From Octopus vulgaris (lineage: Eukaryota), in assembly GCA_951406725.2 (NCBI GenBank), contig OX597817.1:15066001-15130000 (forward strand): DNA of 64,000 nt. Reading direction: 5' to 3'. A program made the translations under genes and the position numbers. The notes under the pieces were generated by a model. The model was not told the DNA's origin and searched no databases. It saw only the letters and a list, made by a program, of their open reading frames with translations. How positions within the stretch are numbered: position 1 is the first letter of the stretch; each line of letters opens with the position of its first letter. Of the stretch, positions 12,077-24,399 are shown piece after piece.

Positions 12077-13014
12077 ATAGGCGCAGGAGTGGCTGTGTGG
12101 TAAGTAGCTTGTTTACCAACCACATGGTTCCGGGTTCACTCCCACTGCATGGCACCTTGGGCAAGTGTCTTCCACTGTAGCCTCGGGCCGACCAAAGCCT
12201 TGTGAGTGGATTTGGTAGATGGAAACTGAAAGAAGCCCGTCGTATAATAATAAACATTGTGTACAGTGCTCAGGTGCACTACAACTCATCTAAAGTGCAT
12301 ATATAATCAGGTGTAGTTTCGGCGGATTTCGGAAAGCATGAGGGCCTTAAAGGATGCAGTGTCATGGCAGTCAACAACTGATGCAGGCAGTTTATTCCAT
12401 GCTTCAGCAACTCTGAGCGTGAAGAAATGTTTCCGAAAGTCATGGGAGCTGTGTTGTTTTCTGACTTTGTAGGCATGTCCACGTGTGTTAGACACATGGA
12501 GATCAAAAAGGTGTTCAGTGTTGTTGTTGGTGAGGTGGTTGATAACTTTGTGGGTGTTTACCAAGTCCGTCGCCACACGCCGGAGCTTCAGTGAATCCAT
12601 GCCCAGGGAAACAAGGCGCTCAGAATATGGTAGGTGTCTGATGGAGGGTATGCGTTTGGTTGCACGTCTCTGAACAGATTCCAGGAGGTCAATGTTCTGA
12701 GCAAGATAGGGGTTCCAAACTGATGATGCGAATTCCAAGTGTGGTCGTACCATAGCTGTATACAGTTTTAAATAGATGGCTGGAGAGCGGCTAACAAATA
12801 TGTTTGTGAGTCTGTGTTTGTCCCCCTAGCATTGCTTGACAACTGATGCTGGTGTGTTTATGTCCCCCGTCACTTAGCAGTTCGGCAAAAGAGACCGATA
12901 GAATAAGTACTGGGCTTACAAAGAATAAGTCCCGGGGTTGAGTGGCTTGAATAAAGGCGGTGTTCCAGCATGGCCGCAGTCAAATGACTGAAACAAGTAA
13001 AAGAGTAAAAGAGA
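12077..13014 (+). mobile_element. SINE family A, split by a CR1 insertion at its microsatellite
   Basis: Left half at 12077-12245, right half at about 12800-13014. Confidence 0.85.
12246..12798 (-). mobile_element. CR1-clade LINE 3' fragment
   Basis: ORF 12307-12753 (VRPHLEFASSVWNPY...LESVQRRATK) is nearly identical to the 26773-27687 ORF. Confidence 0.9.
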
Positions 13015-13150
13015 CTGAAAATTAGCATAATGAACTGCTTGTACCACAATCACTCACTGAAAACACACAGAATAGTATTTATTTATTAACTTTTATTATT
13101 ATATTTCCTAATATTAGTTTCCTTCATGTTATTATTAATATTTTCTATTG

Positions 13151-13537
13151 TGGAGGCGCAATGGCCCAGTGGTTAGGGCAGCGGACTCGCAGTCATAGGA
13201 TCGTGGTTTCGATTCCCAGACCGGGTGTTGTGAGTGTTTATTGAGCGAAACCACCTAAAGCTCCTCGAGGCTCCGGCAGGGGATGGTGGTGATCCCTGCT
13301 GTACTCTTTCACCACAACTTTCTCTCACTCTTACTTCCTGTTTCTGTTGTACCTGTATTTCAAAGGGCCGGCCTTGTCACTCTCTGTGTCATGCTGAATA
13401 TCCCCGAGAGCTACGTTAAGAGTACCCGTGTCTGTGGAGTGCTCAGCCACTTACACGTTAATTTCACGAGCAGGCTGTTCCGTTGATTCGGATCAACCGG
13501 AACCCTCGTCGTCGTAACCGACGGAGTGCTTCCATCC
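13151..13537 (+). mobile_element. SINE family D (tRNA head)
   Basis: TGGCCCAGTGG A box and TTCGATTCC B box; TSD AATATTTTCTAT; copies at 28511, 42055 and 61740. Confidence 0.9.
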
Positions 13538-14121
13538 AATATTTTCTATACAACTGTTTTTGTGTTTCTTGATCATCCAAATTATATGATATACTATGCA
13601 ACCTGCCTTGAGTAATTGAATTCACGATTTGGCCCTTTAGACAAAAAGGGTTGTGTATCCCTGGATTAGATACACAAACCATTGAAAACATGATAGCAAC
13701 AACAGCAATAATAACCTTTTATACATTCAAATATAGGTGGAATTTTGGTTTAAGCACTTCATATAACCCCTCATAACCTTTTTTATTTTTCTTCATCGTT
13801 TAATGTTCTTTTTTCCATTCTTACATGGGTAGGATGGAGTTTATTTGAGGCAGATTTTCCGCTGTTGGATGTCCTTCCTGTTGCCAACCCTCCCCTGTTT
13901 CCAAGTAAGGTAATATTTCTCCGTGGTAAGACATATTATTGTGGAATATTGGAAGTAAATAACACTGCTTGTATGCCAGTGACACTCATCTACAACTGTA
14001 AGTTGATGTCATGATGAAATACAAACTCTCTCTCTCTCTCACACACACACACACGCACGCACACGCACACACTCACACACACACACACGCTCGAGGAATT
14101 GTAACTAAGAATTCATTAGAG

Positions 14122-14722
14122 CAGTGCTTTTCAAACGTTTTGCTGGAGCGGAACCCCAAGGAAATATTCCACTGGCTTGAGGAACCCCTGTGCAATAATT
14201 TAATAGTCTTATGCACACATATAGGCGCAGGAGTGGCTGTGTGGTAAGTAGCTTGCTAACCAACCACATGGTTCCGGGTTCAGTCCCACTGCGTGGCATC
14301 TTGGGCAAGTGTCTTCTGCTATAGCCCCGGGCCGACCAATGCCTTGTGAGTGGATTTGGTAGACGGAAACTGAAAGAAGCCTGTCGTATATATGTATATA
14401 TATATAAGTGTGTGTGTGTGTATGTGTTTGTGTGTCTGTGTTTGTCCCCCTAGCATTGCTTGACAACCGATGCTGGTGTGTTTACGACCCCGTCACTTAG
14501 CGGTTCGGCAAAAAGGGACCGATAGAATAAGTACTGGGCTTACAAAGAATAAGTCCCGGGGTCGATTTGGTCGATTAAAGGCGGTGCTCCAGCATGGCCG
14601 CAGTCAAATGACTGAAACAAGTAAAAGAGAGTAAAGGGTAATATCTGCACAGGAGAATTAAAAATTACTGCCGATTTTAGCAGTTTTGTAACTTCTTGCG
14701 GAACCCTGGTTGAAAAGCACTG
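14122..14722 (-). mobile_element. hAT-type MITE interrupted by SINE A
   Basis: CAGTGCTTTTCAA...TTGAAAAGCACTG termini; 8-bp TSD CATTAGAG (14114-14121, 14723-14730). Confidence 0.85.
14221..14637 (+). mobile_element. SINE family A nested in a hAT MITE
   Basis: Full-length family A sequence. Confidence 0.9.
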
Positions 14723-14999
14723 CATTAGAGTATCAAAAGAAAAAGAAGTTCTATATTTGACATTGAAATGATAATAGTCATCTGAGTTGTCCCCCTTGAA
14801 CAAAAAAACCTTTCCTCCTCACATTATTATTATTTTCTCGTCGAAGCATCTGTTTACTAATTTCAGTCCCGCTTTTTAAATGTGTTTAGATTACTAAAAA
14901 GTTGGCGCTTTTCCAATTAACTATCTTCTGTTAACATAAGGCTTTGGGTAGTTAATTTCTCAGAAAGCACCAGAAAGTTATGAAGTGATTCAAGCTCAT

Positions 15000-16110
15000 T
15001 AAACTACTGCCTTATTTAATTAAGTGAAATTAATTGCGGACCAGAACATTTAATGAAGTAAGTAACTTAATTTAAAACACAATTAAACATCGATCTACGT
15101 TTTCATTCATCCGTAATTAGTAAAAGGAAATATTTTTTCTCTCCAATTATTAATAGGATTACAGAAGCTATTTGCGTTTTTTTCATTATTAATATGTTTT
15201 GCTATAGTTTATGTAACAATTATAGAATATATTGAGCTAAAATTTTTATTATATAAGTTCGTCATTTAATGTTGCGAAAGTATGAAATGGTATTCAGTAC
15301 CATAGCATATAATAAACGTTTATTTTGAAGTGGAGGCGGCCTTGCTCAAATCGGCACAATTACCTTCACGGTGCATGAATGTATTTTACGATATATAAGT
15401 AAATATATATATATATCTAAAAGTTTTTTGTGCATTTTGATGTTGACATGAGTTCCTTGCTTTTCCTGATGAGAAAGCGGCATAATGCACCCCTTATTCC
15501 TTCGCAATTAGGAATATGCAGCCTTTGAAACATATGTCGAAAATAAAGGAATTTTGTTAATTCGTCGTTCAGCTCCATTCTTTCATATATTTATATTTTT
15601 AAAATAAACATACAAATTCCCACACGAAAGCACGTAACCTATGCCCTAGGTACGTAACTTCAACCGTGTTTTTTCTGATGTGAATTTGTTACCCAGGTAT
15701 CGGTTAATTCGAATTATCCTTAATAAGATAATTCATTCAACTACTTAAATATATATATTCTTTAATGCTATTAATGTGATATCTTTACAGTAGACCTTTT
15801 GTTTAATGCCTTTTAAGATGTTTGCCAGAGTTATTTCCACTTCATGACATATTGGTGGTGAGCAACAACCAAGCCATGTGCATATGATAAAACGAGGAAG
15901 GTCAAACTAATGGGCGAATGTAAAGATTACGTACACCCGGTGTGTAGGGTTAGGGTTTTTGTTACGCCGAAAACGGGTGTTGTACGTATTCTTTACTTCC
16001 ACCAAAGGCTATCGAGAACGGTCTTCCTGAAATTAATAGGTTTAACCGAGAATTTCAGAGTTAACGATCTGAAACAAATTCGAAACAAATAGAAGACGTT
16101 TCGATTCAAT
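15000..16110 (+). promoter_or_regulatory. CpG-retaining region; probable CMC2 promoter and non-coding first exon
   Basis: Non-repeat DNA with visibly more CpG than its flanks. The CMC2 ATG exon starts right after an acceptor AG, so an upstream UTR exon is needed. Candidate donors: CAG|GTATCG near 15696 and CCG|GTGTGT near 15939. Confidence 0.45.
15461..15543 (+). ncRNA. Type I hammerhead ribozyme motif (PLE-type, palindromic stem III)
   Basis: UUUUC-CUGAUGA-[stem II GAAAGCGGCAUA/UAUGCAGCCUUU]-GAAA-CAUAUG-UC-GAAAA; GUC cleavage triplet ends at 15538; AATAAA follows. Confidence 0.75.
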
Positions 16111-16920
16111 AAAATTAAGTACAGTTTATGATATGTGTTATTGGCTAGGACTGGTTTAGAGTTTTATGCTTGAAATCATCGGTTAAGGTCTCTTCCTTTT
16201 AATGGTTTCTTTAAGCTTTTTAAGTGTATCAGTGTACCCACTCGCTATTCGTGGAACAACCATATTCCAGAAAATCAAAAATGACACCTTTGATTTCCCC
16301 CAAACACAATCAATATGACTTTCTGTGCCGATCGTTGACTCATTTACATTTCAAGGCTTGGAGAAGAAATGTGACGCTATTCCCATGGACTAATCCTTCG
16401 TTTCTGGATCATAAAGTTACGCCCATATTTTATCCCTGTCTCTAGATTTGGGGGGGGGGGTATGTCTTCATTGGCTTCAAACTCTTCCAACAGGTTAGAG
16501 CAGACTTCTACTCATATCGAGTTATAGTGGTGTCAGGGTTATCCATTTATGGTGGTAACGTTGACTTTATGACACACTATAATTTAGTCAGTATGAGAGA
16601 AAAGGGAGTCACTGTTTTTGCTCATAACAACAACAAGAGAATAGAATTCACGATGCTCTTGTAATAAGTCATAACTTTTATTATTGGAGGTAATGCGTTA
16701 ATTGAAGGAAGCTTATAGCATAACATGAATATGTTCTGGTTGCAGTCACATGTCTCCAAGGAAATAAGAAAGGCGAACGGGAGTTGGCGTAAAGTGCGGC
16801 GGCCTGACCCAATGCATGTTGAAGAATCAACAGGCACTGAATGATTTCTTTAATTACCTATAATGGCATATATAGATATAACAAGGAGGGGTCGGGGACA
16901 AACAATGGACAGTCTTTGAA

Positions 16921-17150
16921 GGCGGTGAGCTGGCAGAATCGTTAGCACTCCGGGCGAAATGCTTAGCGGTATTTTGTCTGCCGCTACGTTCTGAGTTCAA
17001 ATTCCGCCGAGGTCGACTTTGCCTTTCATCCTTTCGGGGTCGATAAATAAAGTACCAGTTACGCACTGAGGTCGATGTAATCGACTTCATCCCTTTGTCT
17101 GTCCTTGTTTGTCATCTCTATGTTTAGCCCCTTGTGGGTAGTAAAGAAAT
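16921..17150 (+). mobile_element. SINE family B inserted in the Tx1 3' UTR
   Basis: 16-bp TSD AACAATGGACAGTCTT (16901-16916, 17151-17166); GTTCAAATTCC B box; tail ends GTAAAGAAAT. Confidence 0.9.
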
Positions 17151-17379
17151 AACAATGGACAGTCTTACGGGGGGGGGGCATGCTGTTGTGATTACAATAT
17201 GAGGATCAGGATGATAAAACGATACGGTTTAAAATTTTTAATGAATGTATAGTTAAAAATAAATTTTATATAACTTTCTCTCCGGGTACTATTCCAACCT
17301 GTCCAGTTTTGAAACTTCATTTTTTTCTTTGTTATTTGGCCGAGACAATTTGTTTTCCTTCTTTTTCTTCATTGACCGG

Positions 17380-20300
17380 CTACACCAGCATGGCCTCATG
17401 CACACGCAACTTTCTTACTACATTTTCCCATCTTTTCTCATACACGCTATGAGGCAGGTACTTTCTCTCCAGAAGGATCTTCCTCACGAGGTGGAAGTTG
17501 AACCAACTTTCCAACCCCTGTCCGGAGATGAAGTGACCTGTCTCTGTCCCTTTTGCTCTTGTTTGCTACGCTGTCTCTTTCAGTATGGCTACTACGCAGA
17601 AAAAGGCTGCCTTCTTTTCCTTGTTGAAGTGGGGAGGCGGTACACTCTTAACTATGGACTCAGTTGAGAGCCCTACTCTTTCCCCATCTGACATCAGTTG
17701 TTCGACATAATTCACCAATCCCCTCAACTCAACTTTCCACAATGTACGAAGGCGTGCGCGACAGTTTCACTCGGACATGGGTGGGAGGCTTATAACCATG
17801 TCCGGACAACCTCTCCCAAACTGGTAAAGCTGAACGATAGCACAACCAAGTTAGTTGTTCATCGTCAAAGCCCAGAGTCACCCCCAGGACGTCGTCAGAC
17901 TTACACTCTACCAACCCTCTATAAAAATCTGCAGTGGTAACCTCACTGCCGGTACTGCTCACCTGGGAGAACAGATTGAGTGCTTGTCTGCACTCTCTCT
18001 GTCATTCCCCCATCTTAGGCCTCTGCCTGATCCATGTGCCTAAGTCCCGAAGAGACTCCAATTGTGGAAAAAGTTGCTTAGTATGTGGTGACCACACCTG
18101 CTCACCATCCAGGTAGTGCCAGAGGTGTCTCAGCCTCAACGCACATTTGTGCATCATCAGCTAAGGCAATCCCATTCCACCCTTTAATGGTTTCTGACAA
18201 CAAATGCAGCGCCTCACAAGTGGTGGTTTCCCCTTCCACAAAAAGTGGAAAAGGATCCTTTCCAGCTTGTTCAGCCACAAATCCAGGGCAAGGCATGATG
18301 GTTAGGCAGTAGGTTATCACAGATGCTATAAACACCTGTGTAACCTCAGCCCTTCCTAGCAAGGATAACATCCTCCCAGACCAGGTCTGGGTTTTGGCCA
18401 TCACCTTACTTGTCACCTCGCTCCAGTTTTTCTCCACTTGGAGATCTGATGCAAACCAGACCCCGCGCAGCTTAACCGGGTCCTCTGTCCAACATCCGAT
18501 GACGCGATAAGGAGGCATCGACATGCCACGCCAGATGCTGAGTTGCAAGCCGACTGATTTTTCCTGGTTAATTTCTGTCCCTGCCATCGCTTCATATCCT
18601 TTGACGGCATCTTCTACATGAGGTAGCTGCCCTTCATCAGACATGATGATAGTAACATCATCCGCATATGCTGTTACACTTCTACCATAACACAGATTAC
18701 GTGGGTCTCCTCCCAGCGTCCCCAATCTCTGCAGTAGCGGTTCAAGAGCCAACACATACAGGATCAGAGACAAGGGGCAGCTCTGGTGAACTGAATGTTC
18801 AATCACAAATGGGCTTGAGAAGAACCCATTCATCCAGACGACAGATTCAATGTTATTATACAAAGCTTCGATCCAGCCTCGGAAAGTCGGGCCCAGTCTG
18901 ACTGCCCAGGAGACCGTCACCAGATACTTACTGATGGTCGACCTTATCGAACGCTTAGACTGGTCTAAATTCACCAGTGCCCCACCTTTACCAGGAACTT
19001 TACTCACCCTCTCTATGGTGTAGTGTATGAGATGAAGGTTGTCGAATATCATCTTTCCTGGGATGGCGCATGTCTGCACCTCTCCCACCAGGTTGCCTAA
19101 GACAATTCTTATTCTGCTGGCTAACACCTTGGCCAAAATCTTTAACTCTGTGTCTAGCAGAGTTATTGGCCTAAAATTACCTATGTTATCCCCCTTGCTC
19201 AGGTCTTTCCTAATCAGTGTCATAACTCCTCGGCTCACAGATTTGGGAATTCTCCCATTCTGCTGCTAATTCACGTAAACACTGGCTAGTATGTTCCCAA
19301 ACAAGTCTGGCATACTCTTATAAAATTCATAAGTTAGACCATCCAATCCCAGCAACTTGTCCCTGGGGCGCTCAGAAAGCACCTCTATAACCTCCTTGGC
19401 CATGATTGGCCCTTCACAGCACTCAGTGTTGTGCGCCAAAAGTCACGGACTGCCAGCCAAGAAATCCCATAGGGTATCTCCATGGGCTAACGTCCTGCTC
19501 CTCCCGAACATCGCAGCAAAGTGCTCATGAAAGGCCTTGCACATCTCTTCCTGTCCTTCAATCTTCTGTCCTTGTTCGTTAACTACAGACCTCATCGTAG
19601 CATCCATGCCACGTTGGGTTTCTACTGAGTGAGCCCACCCAGCTACATTGATATTCTCACGACCCAGTGCATGTACTTTAGCCCAAACTCTGCATCCTTT
19701 GTGTTTGGCATTGAGATGTCTGTCCAAGGCTGATCTCGCTGCCAAAACTTGGGGTGCAGAGCCCACTCTCAGTGCCTCTTCTAACGCCTTGACTAAATCC
19801 CTTTCTACTCTTGTTTGCTCTAAACTTAGCTGCTTGATATATCTAGTTGACTCAATATGAATGGTTCTTTTGAGGGCACTCCACCACCGGTTATTTAACA
19901 CAGTGCCGGTTAGTGTCCTCATAACTAACACCTTAATCTGGCTAGAGTAAGCTTCACAATCCAATAGGGACTTGTTCAATTTCCAGTAGCCAGATTCCTG
20001 TCTATGAACCATTATCTATATACACCCTACACGTCACTAATTTATGATCTTTGTAGGGTACATAGGTAAACTGTGGACAACTAACACTAGACTTATCTCT
20101 AGCATTAACTAAGATCCTATCTATATAAAACCTGATTGATCCATCATGATTCGTCCATTTTCACATTGGCATGTTTGGATTATCAAGTCTGAATCAATTT
20201 GCCAGCCTAAATTGCTTCAGCAGATCAACAAGGCGTGAGTCACATTTCCTATTGTTCAAGCCAATGCTATCCATGCGTGCATCGAAAATAGCATTAAAGT

Positions 20301-20721
20301 CACCAAACACAAATAAAGTTCTCGATGTCACTAGGAAATTCTCTAGACGTTGGTAGAACTCATTCTGTTTACCTGTTGCATTAGGCGCGTAAATGCCAAC
20401 CAACCTGAAGGCCCTACCTCTGAAAGTCAGATCCAGAACGACCGACTCACCTTCTGGGTCCACAAAGATTGTGTGAGTCTGCAGAGCCAAGTTTTTCTGG
20501 ATCAGAACTACAACCCCTCCTCCCCCTCTGGTTCGACTAGGAGACATGATTTTCTCATAGCCATTCAGGAGAGGTGAGAAAGCCTGCAGCTTGCTCAACT
20601 TGGTCTCTGTACCAACCATCACATCTATTCTTTGTGTCCTGAGGTCATCGAGGAAACAAACCTGCTTCCTCTTCGACCCCAAGCCACGCACATTCAAACA
20701 ACCAATACGTGGTGCAGCCAT
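17380..20721 (-). pseudogene. Tx1/L1 ORF2 (endonuclease plus reverse transcriptase), with stops and frameshifts
   Basis: Domain order EN, RT, C-terminus; ends ...WFNFHLVRKILLERKYLPHSVYEKRWENVVRKLRVHEAMLV* at 17380-17382. Confidence 0.85.
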
Positions 20722-21178
20722 GTCACATTAAGGAGAAAAAGGAAGAAAAATTCAGAGCTTACTTTGCTCATTTCCTTTTTTCAAGTGGGATAGTCATTAG
20801 TACCACTGGGACCATCCCCTCTTCCTCTTTCTTTTCATCTAAAAATGGTTCAATCTGCAGGTTGAATATTTTAGGAAGATCCCTCACTTCCGCAAATGTC
20901 TTTTCTTTGTCTCTCTTTCGACTCTACTATATTTACATTATTTACATTATTATTAATTGTATTATTATATACATGTGTTTTATGGTGTGGCTTAATAACT
21001 CCATCCAGGTATTTATTGTATTTTTTATATGCTGCTACCACAATTTCTTCCTTATTTGGTAATTGTACCCATCTCAAACCCATTTTACCCTTCATCGGGG
21101 ATGATTGTGATTTCTCAATCTTTCTAACCACTTTTTTTTGAGCTGCCTCTTGATCTTTTGTGGGCAACTCCATTTTTT

Positions 21179-21323
21179 TTTACATTATTTACATTTGATG
21201 GATATTTGTCCTCATCTTCTTTGTTGTTAACACAACGTTTTGGCTGATCTACCCTCCAGCCTTCATCAGGTGTCTTGGGGAAATTTTGAACCTGGGTTCT
21301 CATTCCTAAGGCATTTTTTGATG

Positions 21324-21360
<37 letters not shown>

Positions 21361-21700
21361 GGTCACTGCCTGGAATCGAACTTGGAATCTAGGGGTTAGT
21401 AGCCCGCTCGCTTAACCGCTATGCTATATGCCCATGGGCAATTATGGAGTGATTTTTGGGGCTTATAACTCTAATATTTTCCTATCCTTCCTTAATACCA
21501 GTTCCCATAAGCTGTTCATATCTGCACCCAGTCTGCTTAGGAGGTTGTTGTGTCCTAGCATATGTGCTGCTTCTTTTAATTTTCATATTTTCCAGTGGTG
21601 TTCTCTGTCTAGTACAGTCAACTCTGTTTTGTGGTAACATCAAAATAAAGTAAAAATCCCTGACCACATGAACTTCATAGACAGATCAGCTTTGTAGAAA
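21179..21700 (-). mobile_element. Penelope-like element 3' end (ORF tail, tRNA-like head, hammerhead remnant)
   Basis: Minus strand reads REHHWK..KLKEAAHMLGHNNLLSR, homologous to 49555-49960; A/B-box head at 21361-21432; hammerhead at 21230-21273 with GAAA changed to AAAA. Confidence 0.75.
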
Positions 21701-22472
21701 GATGGTATGGATTTAGGCAATCAAATGTAAATTTAGCATAAGATTACGACACACACAATTTTGCATTGGTTGGTTATGTGTCGCAGAGGCTCTTCTATAA
21801 TAGAATAATTTGCTATTAGCCTCAGTGAAGGCATAATATGGACTTGATTAGAGTATACGACAGTTTTGATTCTTTGAGATTAAATTTTGTTGTTTAATCT
21901 TAGGTCAGATCTGAACAGGTAGACCTTTGATCAAAAGCATTACAACTATGACAATCCCATTTTTTTTTCAGATGATGTGTCTAGGACTACACTATTCAGT
22001 GTATCCTTTAATATTAAAAATGGTACAGTGTATGATTTCTGGGAGATTTTCTTGCTATTTTCTGCAGTTCAAGCTACCATCTAAATGCACTTGTTGGATT
22101 ATTTATTTTCAAACTGTCATTGTACGGTAGATGTGAGAAGCCAGACCTGTCTGGCTTGGTAGATTATTTGGACCAGTTACGACTGGTTTAAATGCTAAAG
22201 GATTAAAGATCTTCATAGTTAATAGCAGGTGTGAGTGTTAGTTCTCTGTCTAAGTGTAGAAGATTATTCTATTTGCATGATGCTTAAATAGTTTGCTATA
22301 AGAAAATACCAGAATATCTGACTATTAAAATTGATTTTAGAATTTAAATGTTTTGTAATTGCATTCAAATTGTCTCTGTTTAATATGCTATCAAAATGTT
22401 ACAAAATTTCCTAACATCAGCAGACAACAAATATTTAACAAACACATCCTTCCCTTTCTGTATTTATATCAG

Positions 22473-22553
22473 ATGCATCCTGATCTGTCCACACATCTTC
22501 ACACAGGAGAGTGTAATGACATTATTTATGCCCTCAAAGTGTGTCACCAAGAG
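22473..22553 (+). CDS. CMC2: COX assembly mitochondrial protein 2 homolog, coding exon 1 (MHPDLSTHLHTGECNDIIYALKVCHQE)
   Basis: Matches the conserved CMC2 N-terminus MHPDLSxHLHTxEC and the first CX9C; acceptor AG at 22471-22472, donor GTAAAA at 22554, phase 0. Confidence 0.92.
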
Positions 22554-22869
22554 GTAAAAATTAAATCTTGGATAATTTTTTTTTAGTTTCCTGTCATTAT
22601 GTAATTTATTTTTAAAACTATATACAAACACTAAGAACTTGTTTCTGTTGAGTTTTGTCCATTTGTTTGATTTTACATTGTTTTTTTTTCATGTTGACAA
22701 GTGTTAGATGAAAATTATCGAGACAAATTTTCTATATTTGGATGCTAATGTTCACTTGCTTTCAAAGGTAGAAGATAGAATGAAAACTGGGAATAAGGGA
22801 CATTTGGCCACCTGAGATTGTAAGCAGAGACACAGCTTTTTGCTCAGTGTTAATAACATAGAGAACTTA

Positions 22870-22914
<45 letters not shown>

Positions 22915-23308
22915 TGTTACAGGCTACTTCTCTTCCACTCCTATAACAATACCTTGTCTGAGGCTGTAGTGAAGACACCTGTCCATTTCTAAATTATATA
23001 TTTTGTATATATTTTTATATATTTTATATTATTTCCTAAGGTTTCGGTAAAAGATTACTGACCTTACCTAACATATATTGCTTTGGAAAATGTGGATATT
23101 GTGAAAGTTAGGAGTAGATTTTCAAGCTCTGTTAAAACCAGGCTTGTGCTAAAATTGATATGAGAAAAGCTTCTGTGTGCTTCACTTTGGTTGGTAAACA
23201 GGGTTCCAGTTCTTCATAAGTGAGTGATTAATTACAAAAAGAACATCCAATTAGAAAATCATTTGCTTTAGCAGTATGCAAAAGGAACATATTTATTAGT
23301 AAAATATT

Positions 23309-23724
23309 ATAGGCGCAGGAGTGGCTGTGTGGTAAGTAGCTTGTTTACCAACCACATGGTTCCAGGTTCAGTCCCACTGCGTGGCACCTCGGGCAAGTGT
23401 CTTCTACTATAGCCTCGGGCCGACCAAAACCTTGTGAGTGGATTTGGTAGACGGAAACTGAAAGAAGCCCGTCGTATATATGTATATATATATGCGTGTG
23501 TGTGTTTGTGTGTCTGTATTTGTCCCCCTAACATTGCTTGACAACCGATGCTGGTGTGTTTATGTCTCTGCCACTTAGCGGTTCGGCAAAAGAGACCAAT
23601 AGAATAAGTACTGGGCTTACAAAAGAATAAGTCCCGGGGTCGAGTTGCTCGATTAAAGGCGGTGCTCCAGAATGGCCGCAGTCAAATGACTGAAACAAGT
23701 AAAAGAGTAAAAGAGTAAAGAGTA
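23309..23724 (+). mobile_element. SINE family A (CMC2 intron)
   Basis: Full-length family A sequence. Confidence 0.9.
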
Positions 23725-23930
23725 TCTAATATGATAGCATATCAAAATAGATATAAAACAGAAATAGTATATTCCTGAGTTTTCTATTAAGTATATGAAT
23801 TTTGATTATGCAGTTTTGGGACATTGTAGTTGATGGAACTCAGGCAGATTTCCTTCTTAGAACAAACTATAACAAGTTATTAAGTTTATGCCAAATGTAC
23901 TTTATGACCATTTGTGTTAATTAGCTTTAA

Positions 23931-24151
23931 CCCTTTCATTACCAACCCGGCTGAAACCGGCTCTGGATCTTTAATATACATGTCTTGTTTTCATAAATTT
24001 TGAATTAAAATCTTCCACCAAATCTTATTCACAATTTATGATCCTAACAGTGGCTTAATGATAACGAAGTTATTTTACTAAATTCTTTGTTATATTTAAA
24101 ATAATTGAAAGAAACACAGAGCATCTGTAAATAAATTCAGTAACGAAAGGG
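23931..24151. mobile_element. TTAA-flanked piggyBac-like MITE (family 1), 221 bp
   Basis: TTAA|CCCTTTCATTAC...GTAACGAAAGGG|TTAA; copies at 38813 and 40693. Confidence 0.85.
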
Positions 24152-24327
24152 TTAAAGAATCATTCATTGTACTTTGATTTTGAAAAGAAATTTTTGAAGT
24201 TTTTCTATTTTTATCTAGTTCGTTGAATTCAAATTAAAGAAAATATAATGAATGGATGAATATAAGTTTGGTTTAAAAACAGTTTATTAGTGATAATAAT
24301 TGGAATAAACCATTATTTAATTTGCAG

Positions 24328-24399
24328 AACCCTTGGAAAAAGTTCTTAGGTGTCTGCAATGATTTAGACCATGCTTTGAACAAATGTCTTAAAAATGAG
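24328..24399 (+). CDS. CMC2: CMC2 coding exon 2 (NPWKKFLGVCNDLDHALNKCLKNE)
   Basis: TTTGCAG acceptor, GTAAGA donor; second CX9C and the conserved KFxGxCND...CLKNE motif; phase 0. Confidence 0.92.

Larger units (their letters stand above)
16844..21172 (-). mobile_element. Tx1/L1-clade LINE, degraded (ORF1 C-terminal remnant, ORF2, 3' UTR)
   Basis: APE endonuclease (CLNVRGL, IYAPN, GDFNA) at 20194-20721; GYWKLNKSLL at 19443-20012; RT (FRPITLLDTELKILAK, CPLS, AYADD) at 18102-19238; basic ORF1-like remnant at about 20760-21172. Confidence 0.9.

Noticed and set aside
15418-15533. Short minus-strand ORF MFQRLHIPNCEG... as a head-to-head gene
   Set aside because: Only 38 codons, no homology recognised, and it is the antisense of the hammerhead motif.
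15946-15957. Telomere-like TAGGGTTAGGGT
   Set aside because: About two units only; similar short tracts occur inside the MITEs.
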